From: Chloroflexota bacterium
GTDB lineage: Bacteria; Chloroflexota; Anaerolineae; Anaerolineales; UBA4823
Direction of reading: 5' to 3'
Assembly: GCA_049325275.1 (NCBI GenBank)
Contig: JBMOLU010000008.1
Span: 93,460 to 157,459, forward strand
DNA: 64,000 nucleotides
Part shown: piece by piece, positions 1 to 9,735 of the stretch
How positions within the stretch are numbered: the first letter of the stretch is position 1
Layout of the letters: each line of letters opens with the position of its first letter
The notes under the pieces: model-generated
The model's database searches: none
What the model was told of the DNA's origin: nothing
Seen by the model: only the letters and a program-made list of their open reading frames with translations
Translations under genes and position numbers: made by a program

Positions 1-2199
1 CTTACGCGAGGTAATGTCGCGTGAAATGCCATATGTTCCGACGACTTCTCCACGAGCATCAACCAGGGGCATTTTGGATGTATAAACCCACTTTACCCGC
101 CCATCCGAGTAGACTTCTTTCTCCTCGTAGTCGAGAAGCGGTTTGCCGGTTTCCATAATGCGCTGCTCGTCTTCGAAGGCCGGACGGGCGTGGGCTTCGT
201 CGAACAAATCAAAATCCGTCTTCCCCAACAATGTAGACGCATCTTGTACGCCGTGATGGCGCATCATCGCCGGATTGACGTGAATGAAACGGCTTTCGCG
301 ATCCTTGAAATAAATCTCGTCAGGTAGGCTTTGCATAAGGCTATCGAAGAGATACTTCTCCTGGCGCAGGTCTCGTTCGGTCTGTGCCCGCGCTGCCTGC
401 TCGGCCTGCATCAACTTGGCCTTGTACAAAGCACTGCTCAACTGCAAACACAAGCGCTCGTACAGCCGTGCATCGGCCGGGCCTGGCTCGAAAACGGCAA
501 ATCCCAACGCTGTATCCTGGAAGTGGAGTGGCTTTACAATCAAAGACACGGCTCGCTTCACAGGGAAATAGGCATCCGGGATGAGCTGCTTGGCCGGAAA
601 AAGCACGCCCCGTTCTGGCAAGGCGTGTCGTTTTTCGCCATCAGAAGCCAGAATTAACTGCGCCCAGCCACTGGGGCCGGCCGCATCGGCATAAAGCGCC
701 ACGTAACAGCCTGAGATAGCCAATTTGGGCAGTGCGTCTGCGAGGGCAGAGACGATTTCATCTGCGCTGCTCGCGGCGATCAAATTCGTGGCAAACTCCT
801 GCTGCAAAAACACGGTCTGCTCCTGTTGAAGCAGGTATTTGAGTTGCGCACGCCCGGCAAATTCGCCGATCATCACGCGGGCTTGATTCCACAAGTTTTC
901 GCACACGGGTGCGCTTTTTGTATCCAGGTAAGGCAAAAGAAACTGGCGCAGCGAAGAAACCACAGCCTGCCAGGCATTCTGGTTCCCATCCAGGTGCATC
1001 GTCTGGTAAAGCAGAGAACGCAGCGTTTTCAAGAAAGCGCCTTCGGCTTTACCGGTAGCCTTCCCGGTGGCCTCGGACAAAAAGGCATCCACGAGATAAC
1101 GGATTTCACCGGCCAGTTCGCCGGCGGCCTTGCGGTGTACGCCGCTGCCGGCATGAGCCAAAAAAGCCTGCTCGATATTGCCGATCCAACCCTCTTTTTT
1201 GCTCACCAGGCCTGCAAGGCCACCCGCCAGGAGTGTTGGCGGACGTGAGTGCAACGGCAGGGCTGCTTCCATCACCAGGGCCTCCTGGCAGCCACATGAC
1301 TGGCGCACCATTAACTGTACAGATTGTGCTGCGGCCGGGTGTTCATCGGTTGCGGGCTGCCCATCCAAACGGTCGAGCAGCATCGTCACCGCGTGTTGCC
1401 CGATCTCATAAAGCGGAGGGGAGACCGTCGTCAGGCTGGGGTTGCAGGTTAAGTTTTCTGGAGCATCACCAAAGCCAACAACCGCTACCTGTCCGGGGAT
1501 CACGGTGCCCCGCTGCTGTAAAACACGCATTGCAGCCAACGCCATGCCATGCGAACAACCAACCAGGGCATCATAATCCTTGCCAGGTTTAAGGCGCAGC
1601 CGATCGATTCTGGCAGCCAGGCTCTCGTCGTTTTCTTCCCAGCTGTGTGGGCTTTCGGCCACCAAACGAGGATCGTGTGCAATCTCGGCCTGTGCCAGGG
1701 CATCGCAGTAACCACGATAGCGTTCCACTGCGCTACGGTGATTTTCCGGCCCGGGCAAGAAGACAATTCGGCGACAGTGATGAGCCTCGATCAGATGAGT
1801 CACAGCCTGGCACATCCCCCGGGAATCGTCGGCGCCATCTACCGGTAGAAACGCCGCTTCTGGCACCGTTTTTTGGCTGCAAATCACCGGCACAGTAAGA
1901 TAGCGGGTAACGAAATCATCCAGGGATTTCTGTTCGGCTTCCGTCGAGAGCACATCGGCCCACACGATCAGGCCATCGGGGCGTCCCTCGTGAGCAAGCT
2001 CGAAAAGCTCGCTGGCCGCCATGCTATCAGCGCTTTCAATAGTTGCATCGACATATGCGACCAGGTTTACGTCTTGCTGCCGCGCCATCGCTACCATCCC
2101 AAGCCACTGCCGGCCGGCATGGGTGGGCGGCAAGCCGGTTGAGATCAATCCCAACGTCTTGCGTGTGGACCGCTTAGAGCGGGAAGCGGAGTCACTCAT
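1..2199 (-). CDS. Cytoplasmic sensor: LacI-type ligand-binding domain (no HTH), helical/GAF-like region, PAS-PAC; 3' end (likely output domain) lies beyond the left edge
   Basis: Absent from the ORF track because its stop is outside the window. Translated by hand from ATG 2199 (ATGA overlap with the upstream stop): MSDSASRSKRSTRKTLGLI..IVFLPGPENHRSAVERYRGY..VAVVGFGD..PSLTTVSPPLYEIGQHAV..SCGC, then PAS LPDEIYFKDRESRFIHVN..GKTDFDLF..KMPLVDARGEVVGTYGISRDIT. No stop seen in the parts translated or checked. Confidence 0.88.
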   Translation of the reverse strand, partial: MSDSASRSKRSTRKTLGLISTGLPPTHAGRQWLGMVAMARQQDVNLVAYVDATIESADSMAASELFELAHEGRPDGLIVWADVLSTEAEQKSLDDFVTRYLTVPVICSQKTVPEAAFLPVDGADDSRGMCQAVTHLIEAHHCRRIVFLPGPENHRSAVERYRGYCDALAQAEIAHDPRLVAESPHSWEENDESLAARIDRLRLKPGKDYDALVGCSHGMALAAMRVLQQRGTVIPGQVAVVGFGDAPENLTCNPSLTTVSPPLYEIGQHAVTMLLDRLDGQPATDEHPAAAQSVQLMVRQSCGCQEALVMEAALPLHSRPPTLLAGGLAGLVSKKEGWIGNIEQAFLAHAGSGVHRKAAGELAGEIRYLVDAFLSEATGKATGKAEGAFLKTLRSLLYQTMHLDGNQNAWQAVVSSLRQFLLPYLDTKSAPVCENLWNQARVMIGEFAGRAQLKYLLQQEQTVFLQQEFATNLIAASSADEIVSALADALPKLAISGCYVALYADAAGPSGWAQLILASDGEKRHALPERGVLFPAKQLIPDAYFPVKRAVSLIVKPLHFQDTALGFAVFEPGPADARLYERLCLQLSSALYKAKLMQAEQAARAQTERDLRQEKYLFDSLMQSLPDEIYFKDRESRFIHVNPAMMRHHGVQDASTLLGKTDFDLFDEAHARPAFEDEQRIMETGKPLLDYEEKEVYSDGRVKWVYTSKMPLVDARGEVVGTYGISRDITSRK

Positions 2200-5093
2200 A
2201 TCTTTTCTCCAGAACCCGGATGGCTGCCGTTACCGGAGGGCTTCTCGAGGCTCGAAAACGTCTCTACACTGACCTGCGCAAAGGCTTCGTTAACACCCAA
2301 CGTACGGGCCATCTCGCGCACAGCGGTCTGGATCAAGGTGTCCATATCGGGTGCGCGGCGCATTTTGTCACCGATTTCACGCACCATGCGGTCGCGCGAG
2401 GCGGCGCGTTGCGTCTCCCGGTAAAGGCGGGCATTTTCGAGTGCGGCGCCCAACTGATCGGCCAGGTTTTGAATCGAAACGATCTCCTCGTCTACCCAGG
2501 GGCTTTTGTTGGCATCCTTTTGCAGGCGAATGGCGCCCAACACCAAATCGCGGAATTTGATGGGAACGGCCAGCGTGTGCGAACCAAGCTGAACCACAGA
2601 CCCGGTGCGTAAATCTTGAATGGCCTGCGCCAGGCTTTCTGAAGGCTGGTCGGCCACAGGCAAGATAGCATCTGAAGAACGGATGAGATAACCGCGTACG
2701 GCCTGCTTCTCCGCATAGTCCAACCAAGCTCGTGCGGTCACTTCACCGTATGCCCGGCGGGTGGCCTCGATCGCGGTTTGCAGATCGACGAACAGGCGGG
2801 CATTTTCGATGGCAATCGCCACTTGATCGGCCACCAGGCGTAAAATGGTCACGTCAGCGTCAGAGAAGGCGCTTTCCTGGTCACTTTGGAGGTCCAAGAC
2901 GCCGAGCACTTTTCCGCGCACGATCAGAGGCAAGGCCATTTCAGAATGGGTGTTGGGCAAATCGGGGTTATTGAAGTATGTCGCATCTTCACCGACGTTC
3001 AGTGAAACGCGTGGCTGCCCGGAATCGCTCACGTAACCGACAATACTGTTCCCGCCGACTACCAAACGATGGCCTCGTGCCAACATACGCCGGCCGCCCT
3101 GGCTGTTAGCAGCCTGGAGCACGGCATATTCGCCGGCATCGTCGAGCAGAAAGATGCCGACATGGTAAAAACCAAAGCGATCGCTAAGCAGTTCCGTCAC
3201 TTGAGGCAGGAGTTTATCCATATCACGGATGGTGGAAACGATGCTGCCGGTCTCTGCTGCAACTTGTAGTTGGAAAGCGCGTAGTTCCAGGTCACGTGTC
3301 CGATCGATCACCCGGCTTTCCAGCGTGGTCACGCTCTGGCGAACCTGGGCCGCCATATCGTTAAAAGTTCTGGAAAGCAGGCCAAACTCATCCTCGCTTT
3401 GAACGGGAATGCTGACATCCAGGTTGCCCTGGGCAATTTGCGCGGCTGCATCGGTGAGGCGCAGCACCGGCCGCAGGAACATCGTACTCAACCCAAACGA
3501 AAGCACCGTCAACAAGATACCAATGCCCAAAACCAACAGGCCAACCACTTGAGCCTGCCTTTGCAAAGGCTGCAAAGTAACCGACTCTTCCTGAGAAAAG
3601 ATCACCTTCCAGTTTTGCGTTTTCAACGGATAAACCGCCACCCGAGATTGCACAGCATTTGCTTCGCGCCCATCTGCCGAGGCGCGGTCGGCGCCCACGT
3701 AACTGACAAAAGTGGCCTGCTGATCAGAAGCCCTTAGCTTCTGGTCGAGGTCTGGCAGCTGTGTTGCGATCGTATCCGCGGCGCCGGGTGGGAGGCGTTT
3801 TTCGCTTTGCAACTGGGCAAGCAGGTTGGCATCCTGCAAAGGCGCCAGAAGCTGATAGCGCTGTGACAGATCACGGCCGTGCCCCAGGCGCAGGTGGTTT
3901 TCATCCACCAGGATGGCAAACGACGTCCGGCCGGCCTGGTTGTTATACGTTTCGAGAATATCCTGCAAAACCGCAGCAGCATACTTGAGGCGCAGCATCC
4001 CCATCACGGCACCATCCTCACCCTTGATGGGCGCCGTAAAGTACAGGTAAGCTTCGTATGGCCCGTCTCTGCTTTCGGTCTCGAACAACACGGGAGAAAC
4101 CTGCGGCTTGCCAGTTTCCAAAGTCTCGATAAAGTAGCCGGCGCGAGAAAAATTCTTTTGGGTATCCCTGTTACTCGAATCGACCAGCACCGTGCCGTTG
4201 ATATCCAGAACCGCATAAGAGACGATCTTTTCTTCGTCACGCCTGGCAAGCGATTGCACAATATCCAGGGTGCGTTTCTCATAACCGGTAGGCCCACGTT
4301 GAACCGGCGGCAGGAATAAGTAGTAAGACAAGTCGTCGAACGAAGCCTCTATTTCTACGTTTTTCAGGGTGGTATTCATGAACTGGTCGACTGCCACGGC
4401 AGCCTGTTCGGCGACGCTGAGCAGTTTACTATTTTCGCGTTCGGTCAATACCTGACGGTTAGACCAGTTAAGATAACCGGCCACCGGCAGGACCGTCACC
4501 ACACTGACCAAAGCGATAATGACGGCCAATTTAACGCGCAGCGGGCGGCTGCCGAATCCATAAAAGCTGAAGATAAAGCACAGCAGGGCCATGGCACCCA
4601 GAACACCGATCTGGTACGCCAGCCAGGGCTGTTTGAAAACGTAGCGCGCCAACGGCCAGTAAATGTCGACGACATATGTGAGCACACTGCCCAAAACGGT
4701 CAAAGAAAACGCCCAGGTCGGAATGCGCTCCCGCGGCAGTTGCGCCATGGTTGCTATCATCAGCAGGATTGCGATGAAACCGTACCACAAACCCATCCCC
4801 GCTACAAAAAACGAGCTAAAGACAAACGACGCCGCCATGGCGATTGTCACCATGCGCCAGATATTGCCCAATTCGCCGTGCGATACATCCCACACGTTCG
4901 ATAAAGCGGCCAGGAGAACCAAGAAGTTACTGGCTACCAACAAAGACAAGGCCCAGCTTTCCGTGTTGATAGCCACGAAAAGAAACAGGGCCGCCGTTGC
5001 CAGCGCAAAACCTGCCAGTGCCAACGAAAGGTAACGCACACGCAGCTTCGTGCGGTGTAGCATTTCAGGGGAGAAAGGCATTAAGTCCGTCAT
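2196..5093 (-). CDS. Membrane receptor A: multi-TM N-terminus, Cache-like domain, HAMP, GAF, partial GAF and helical tail; no kinase or cyclase domain
   Basis: Within ORF 2196..5294; start placed at ATG 5093 (MTDLMPFS), adjacent to the upstream stop. HAMP (SEDEFGLLSRTFNDMA), GAF (RFGFYHVGIFLLD..SEMALPLIVRGKVLGVLDLQS..ENARL). Confidence 0.88.
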   Translation of the reverse strand: MTDLMPFSPEMLHRTKLRVRYLSLALAGFALATAALFLFVAINTESWALSLLVASNFLVLLAALSNVWDVSHGELGNIWRMVTIAMAASFVFSSFFVAGMGLWYGFIAILLMIATMAQLPRERIPTWAFSLTVLGSVLTYVVDIYWPLARYVFKQPWLAYQIGVLGAMALLCFIFSFYGFGSRPLRVKLAVIIALVSVVTVLPVAGYLNWSNRQVLTERENSKLLSVAEQAAVAVDQFMNTTLKNVEIEASFDDLSYYLFLPPVQRGPTGYEKRTLDIVQSLARRDEEKIVSYAVLDINGTVLVDSSNRDTQKNFSRAGYFIETLETGKPQVSPVLFETESRDGPYEAYLYFTAPIKGEDGAVMGMLRLKYAAAVLQDILETYNNQAGRTSFAILVDENHLRLGHGRDLSQRYQLLAPLQDANLLAQLQSEKRLPPGAADTIATQLPDLDQKLRASDQQATFVSYVGADRASADGREANAVQSRVAVYPLKTQNWKVIFSQEESVTLQPLQRQAQVVGLLVLGIGILLTVLSFGLSTMFLRPVLRLTDAAAQIAQGNLDVSIPVQSEDEFGLLSRTFNDMAAQVRQSVTTLESRVIDRTRDLELRAFQLQVAAETGSIVSTIRDMDKLLPQVTELLSDRFGFYHVGIFLLDDAGEYAVLQAANSQGGRRMLARGHRLVVGGNSIVGYVSDSGQPRVSLNVGEDATYFNNPDLPNTHSEMALPLIVRGKVLGVLDLQSDQESAFSDADVTILRLVADQVAIAIENARLFVDLQTAIEATRRAYGEVTARAWLDYAEKQAVRGYLIRSSDAILPVADQPSESLAQAIQDLRTGSVVQLGSHTLAVPIKFRDLVLGAIRLQKDANKSPWVDEEIVSIQNLADQLGAALENARLYRETQRAASRDRMVREIGDKMRRAPDMDTLIQTAVREMARTLGVNEAFAQVSVETFSSLEKPSGNGSHPGSGEKI

Positions 5094-5094
5094 A

Positions 5095-7806
5095 CTAATT
5101 TCCTGCCACAGGCATTTCCGGAGAAGCTTCTTGAACGCCACTTCCCATTTCACCAACATCCAGTCGAATTTCGGCCTCTTGCAGATCGAAGGCCTGGCGA
5201 ATTTCGCGAACGGCGGTTTGCAAAATAGAATCGACATCCATCGTTGCGCGAATATTGGCACTGATCGCGCTAAGCAGTTGTTCGTTGGCTGCACGCTGCC
5301 GGCTTTCTTCGTAGAGACGCGCGCTCTCTACGGCCTGGCTCAGACGCTCACCCAGCGCATTCAGCACAAACAGCTGGCTTTCCGACCACGTTCCCTCCGG
5401 GGGATAAACCTTGAGGTTGCCCACGACTTGGCCACGCAGTTTCAACGGCACAACCGCAGGCTCGCGATCCGTAAGGTCGGGCGCAACGCCTTCACCAAGC
5501 GGAACGACGCTGCCGCCCGCGTCATATTGGTATCCCGGCACGTTATGAGCCGAAACGATCCTTTGCCACGAACGCATACTGTAAGAACCGTACAAGGCTT
5601 CGAGCTGCTCCAGGTTCGACTGCACTTCGCGCAGCAAACGCGCGTTCTCGATGGCCACGGCAAGTTGATCGGCCATGGTTTGCAAAATGACCAGGTCATC
5701 CTGTGTAAAGGCGGCTTCTCTTTCGCTTTGTACGTCCAAAACACCAATCGTGCGCTCTCCAACCTTGAGCGGCAAGGCCATTTCGGAACGCGTCAACGGC
5801 AGGAATGGGTTGGGCACGTAGGCGACATCATCACGCACGTTCGAAGCAATACGTGAGAGTCCCTGTGCGGCAGCATACCCCACCATCCCCTCTGCACCCA
5901 ACTTAAGCTTGTGACCGGCTGCCAACATCTGCTGCCCAACCTCACCGGTTGCCGCCTGCAAGACCGCGTATTCACCCAACTCATCGATCAAGAAAATGCC
6001 TGCGTGATAGAAGTCGAAACGCTGGCGTACCAGCTCGACCGCATTACGAATCAACAGGTCGAAATCTTGGGTACGAGAAGCATCGCGGGCAATCTCTGCC
6101 GCCACTTGAAGTTGAACGGATCGCCGTTCGAGATCGGCCGTACGTTCCGCAACACGCTGTTCCAATTGCATCAGTTGGCTGCGCAGCTGGGCCGTCATGC
6201 TGTTGAAGGCACTTGCCAGGGCGCCAATTTCATCATCCTGTTGGACCTCGGCTACCAGGTTCAAGTTTCCGGAGGTGACTTCGTTGGCCGTCCCGGCCAG
6301 GCGGTTGATCGGGCTGGCAATCCGGATCGACACGAACCACGCGGCCACCAATGCCAGGGCAAGCGAGATGACGAACACCGCAACGCTCAGCAAAATACCC
6401 CGCAGCATGGGCAGCCGGGCTTCGAAAGCGCTCTTTTCAGCCACCAGCAACACTTGCAAGTCATCCAGCCAGCCATAAGCGCCCAGAACTTCCTCGCCAC
6501 GATAACTTTGGTAGATCTCCGTTTGCGTTTCCGTCTGCGCCTCGTCGATGGCAGTCATCAGGCCGAGCGGCAGCGGATAGAACTCACCAACGGAAAAACC
6601 TTCAAAACGAGAGGGCGAACTCAACAGCCCTTGCCGGTTGAACAGCAGCGTCTCTCCGGTACTGCTGTCTTTCATACTAACAGCCATCAACTGGCTTAAC
6701 TCTGCCAAACCGACGTCGGCCGCCATCACGCCCACGGTCGCACCCACCTGGTCGATAATCGGCAGTGCCATCTGAAATTCGGGCTGGCCGGTGTCGAGTG
6801 TGAAAACCACCGGCGACGTGACGTACCCCTTCAACGCACCCCGGAAAAACTCCTCCGTGACTTTGTAAGTCCCTTCCATCTCAGGAACCGTGGAAAAGAC
6901 CACCAAACCATCGAGGGTCATGACGTAAACGCGTAAGAAGGCCGGTGAATGATTCACCAGCCCCCCCAGGTCTTCGGCCAGCTCGGTGCGATAAATCGTG
7001 TAATTCGGTTCGGGCCCCCCATTCTCAAGAATTGGCACCAGGTTGATACGGTTTGGCGGCGGTAGAACCTGTACCAGGCTGGCGTGCAAACCGTTCAACC
7101 AGTTTTGAATGCTCACCTGGCGCAGGGTGACGTCGAACTCCAACTGGGTAATGGCCTGCCGCTCAGAAACGATCGCTGCCTGATACGCTGAAATGCTGCC
7201 GCTGATGATCAATGGCGCACCGACAAAGAACGAAAACAAAATCATCAAACGGCTGCGGATACGCCGCCCCGATGAAAAATAGACGGTAATGCCGCCAAAA
7301 ACCAGGATCATCAGCAAGTTGGTACCGATGGCATATACTTGCAATGCCGGAATGGCTCCCTGTTCCACACGCAAAAACGGAGGCCACAAGTTGGCCCAGG
7401 CCATCAGGGCCAGGTACAACGCCATAAAAAAAAGCCACCCGCGATACCTGCCCCGCAAAAAGCGATGGCAAAGCATGAAAAGCAGTAAAAATCCGCCGAT
7501 CAAGTGATAGATCAGCAAGCCTTCCCAGAGGAACTCGTTTACACCATAGCTCAGAATCGCCCCGACCAGCAGCACGATCCCCATCTGAATTTCTTTGCCC
7601 CGCCGTAAAATCATGTAGGCAACCGGCAAGGTAAGCAACACAACGGCAAAAACGCTGATGCCCACCCAAGACTGCCAGGCGCCATACCGCAAATAAAGGG
7701 CGAAGTAAAACAGGCCGGTGATGAGCAGAAAAACCGCCATCGCGCCAAACAGCAGTTTGAAGTTTTTATAACCTTGTGACGTATCGGCAGCAGTTGACGA
7801 GTTCAT
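5095..7806 (-). CDS. Membrane receptor B: multi-TM N-terminus, Cache-like domain, HAMP, GAF, partial GAF and helical tail; no output domain
   Basis: 903 aa. HAMP (QDDEIGALASAFNSMT), GAF (RFDFYHAGIFLID..RSEMALPLKVGERTIGVLDVQS..ENARL). Confidence 0.9.
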   Translation of the reverse strand: MNSSTAADTSQGYKNFKLLFGAMAVFLLITGLFYFALYLRYGAWQSWVGISVFAVVLLTLPVAYMILRRGKEIQMGIVLLVGAILSYGVNEFLWEGLLIYHLIGGFLLLFMLCHRFLRGRYRGWLFFMALYLALMAWANLWPPFLRVEQGAIPALQVYAIGTNLLMILVFGGITVYFSSGRRIRSRLMILFSFFVGAPLIISGSISAYQAAIVSERQAITQLEFDVTLRQVSIQNWLNGLHASLVQVLPPPNRINLVPILENGGPEPNYTIYRTELAEDLGGLVNHSPAFLRVYVMTLDGLVVFSTVPEMEGTYKVTEEFFRGALKGYVTSPVVFTLDTGQPEFQMALPIIDQVGATVGVMAADVGLAELSQLMAVSMKDSSTGETLLFNRQGLLSSPSRFEGFSVGEFYPLPLGLMTAIDEAQTETQTEIYQSYRGEEVLGAYGWLDDLQVLLVAEKSAFEARLPMLRGILLSVAVFVISLALALVAAWFVSIRIASPINRLAGTANEVTSGNLNLVAEVQQDDEIGALASAFNSMTAQLRSQLMQLEQRVAERTADLERRSVQLQVAAEIARDASRTQDFDLLIRNAVELVRQRFDFYHAGIFLIDELGEYAVLQAATGEVGQQMLAAGHKLKLGAEGMVGYAAAQGLSRIASNVRDDVAYVPNPFLPLTRSEMALPLKVGERTIGVLDVQSEREAAFTQDDLVILQTMADQLAVAIENARLLREVQSNLEQLEALYGSYSMRSWQRIVSAHNVPGYQYDAGGSVVPLGEGVAPDLTDREPAVVPLKLRGQVVGNLKVYPPEGTWSESQLFVLNALGERLSQAVESARLYEESRQRAANEQLLSAISANIRATMDVDSILQTAVREIRQAFDLQEAEIRLDVGEMGSGVQEASPEMPVAGN

Positions 7807-7815
7807 AAAAAGACC

Positions 7816-9735
7816 CTAATTGCGCTCTGTATGGTGTGCAACATCCAGATCGACTTCTACACGGCTGGCAGACATCGCCAGGCCAATTTCCCGTACGGCC
7901 GTAATCAAGACGGTTTCCAGGTCGAGCGAGGTTTGCACTTTCGAAGCAACCTGGCTGATCAGTCCCTCTTGCCGGGCGCGTGAGGCGATTTCTTCCAACA
8001 GACGCACGTTTTCCAGCATCGAAACAATCTGGGCAATTGAATCGCGCACGACCTGAATTTCTTCCTGAGACCACGACGGTTGTTCGGCCTCCCGGCGCAA
8101 CACGACCGTACCGAGGGCCTGGTTACGTAGTAACAAAGGCATGCTGAGTTCATAAAAGCCATCCACCAACACCACCTGTGGCTCCATGACGATCGCCTCG
8201 GTTTCATCCTCACCGGGCAGATAAGTGGTCTTCACACCGATGCGGTTATAGGTATACACCAGGGTCTTCCCCTCCAGGCGGCGCAGCCAGCCTTCACGCG
8301 CCTGGTGACCGTAGGCAGTTTCCAACTCGCGCAACGTGCGCTGACTCTGGTTGTACAAACGGGCATTCTCGATCGCCAGGGCCAACTGGTCGGCAAGCAC
8401 CTGCAAAATACGCGTATCCTCTTCACGATAAGCGCTGGGATCGGTCGACTGGACGTCAAGCACGCCGATTACCCGGCCACGCACACGCATGGCAAGCGCC
8501 AGCTCCGAACGGGTAAAGGGCAAATCTGGGTTCTTCAGGTGAACGGCATCCGAGCCTGTATCGAGCACAATGCGCGGATCGCCCTTGGCGGCGACGAAAC
8601 CGACCACACCTTGCCCAAGATGCAGCTTGTGTTGCTTTGACAGCATCCGCTGGCCACCATCACTGTTGGCGGCACGCAGAATGGCGTACTCGCCAGCTTC
8701 ATCGATCAAAAAGATACCAACGTGATAAAAGCCAAAACGCTCCGAGATCAGCACTGTGGTCTGTTTGAGAAGCGCGTCGACATCGAGAATCTCGGCCGAT
8801 TCGCGTGCGACCTGGGCGGCAGTCTCTACCTGGGCCGTACGCTGCGCCAGTTCAGCCGTACGTTCCTTGACCAGGTTTTCCAGGTTGCCCATTTGTGTGC
8901 GCAACTGCTTCGAGAGTAAACCGATCGCATACCCCAAGAACTTGATTTCGTCCTTGAAGGTGGTCATACGCAGGCCGCGCGTAATCGTCTCCAGGTACTG
9001 CATCAGGCTCTCGGTGGTCTGGGCCATCCACTCGATCGGCTTGGCAAGCGAGTTCGCAATAGCCAATGTGACGGCGATCACCCCCACCGTAAAGCCAACC
9101 AGCAGGATGTAATAAACGGTAAGGATAAAGTTGACGCGCGCCCGGTCTTCCGCAATCACACGCGAATCGAGCGCCAGAAACTCGGCTGTGTCTACGGCAA
9201 CGGCCACCCACAGGTTGGTATTGGGAACGCGCTGGGTAGCCATATACATCTGCAGCGAGCGACCACCCCGAACTTCTTTATAGTAACCGGAAACAACTCC
9301 CGTGGTGGCATAGCTATCAGAAACGATCTGCCAGAAATCAGGCTGCGTGATCGACTGCTGAGAAAGCAACTGGAGCACCTTCTCTGGGTCGGGATGGAAC
9401 ATGATCGTAGCTTCCAGGTTGTAAACAAAGCTGTACCCGTTCTGGCCAATGCGTGTGGCCATCAACAGCGACAAATCGGTGTTTTTGGGTAACAGAAAGC
9501 GATCGTCGAAGCTCTGTTCGGAGTGGTTGACCACGTAAGATTGAAGCTGCTGAACGAGTGTTTCCACTCTGGCCTGTACATCCCGCGCCAAATACGTTGC
9601 GCTGGCCTCCTGGCGAGCAGCTTGTACATTTAGCGCCGCAGCTTGTGTACTCCTCAAAGCAAAGATCGTCACGACAAACAAAGGCACCAGGCCGATCAGG
9701 AGGAAAAGCAGGATCAAACGGTGTCGGAATTTCAT
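7816..9735 (-). CDS. Membrane receptor C: TM-Cache-TM, HAMP-like, GAF, partial GAF and helical tail; no output domain
   Basis: 639 aa. N-terminal TM, Cache-like GYSFVYN..HPD, GAF (RFGFYHVGIFLID..RSELALAMRVRGRVIGVLDVQS..ENARL). Confidence 0.88.
   Translation of the reverse strand: MKFRHRLILLFLLIGLVPLFVVTIFALRSTQAAALNVQAARQEASATYLARDVQARVETLVQQLQSYVVNHSEQSFDDRFLLPKNTDLSLLMATRIGQNGYSFVYNLEATIMFHPDPEKVLQLLSQQSITQPDFWQIVSDSYATTGVVSGYYKEVRGGRSLQMYMATQRVPNTNLWVAVAVDTAEFLALDSRVIAEDRARVNFILTVYYILLVGFTVGVIAVTLAIANSLAKPIEWMAQTTESLMQYLETITRGLRMTTFKDEIKFLGYAIGLLSKQLRTQMGNLENLVKERTAELAQRTAQVETAAQVARESAEILDVDALLKQTTVLISERFGFYHVGIFLIDEAGEYAILRAANSDGGQRMLSKQHKLHLGQGVVGFVAAKGDPRIVLDTGSDAVHLKNPDLPFTRSELALAMRVRGRVIGVLDVQSTDPSAYREEDTRILQVLADQLALAIENARLYNQSQRTLRELETAYGHQAREGWLRRLEGKTLVYTYNRIGVKTTYLPGEDETEAIVMEPQVVLVDGFYELSMPLLLRNQALGTVVLRREAEQPSWSQEEIQVVRDSIAQIVSMLENVRLLEEIASRARQEGLISQVASKVQTSLDLETVLITAVREIGLAMSASRVEVDLDVAHHTERN

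Noticed and set aside
1430-1470. Suspected frameshift in the LacI-type domain at a G-run
   Set aside because: Codon-level reading gives an uninterrupted GFGDAPENLTCNPSLTTV.
331-2272. Short plus-strand ORFs in the track across the first 2.2 kb
   Set aside because: They are antisense shadows of the continuous minus-strand sensor gene 1..2199, which has recognisable domains.
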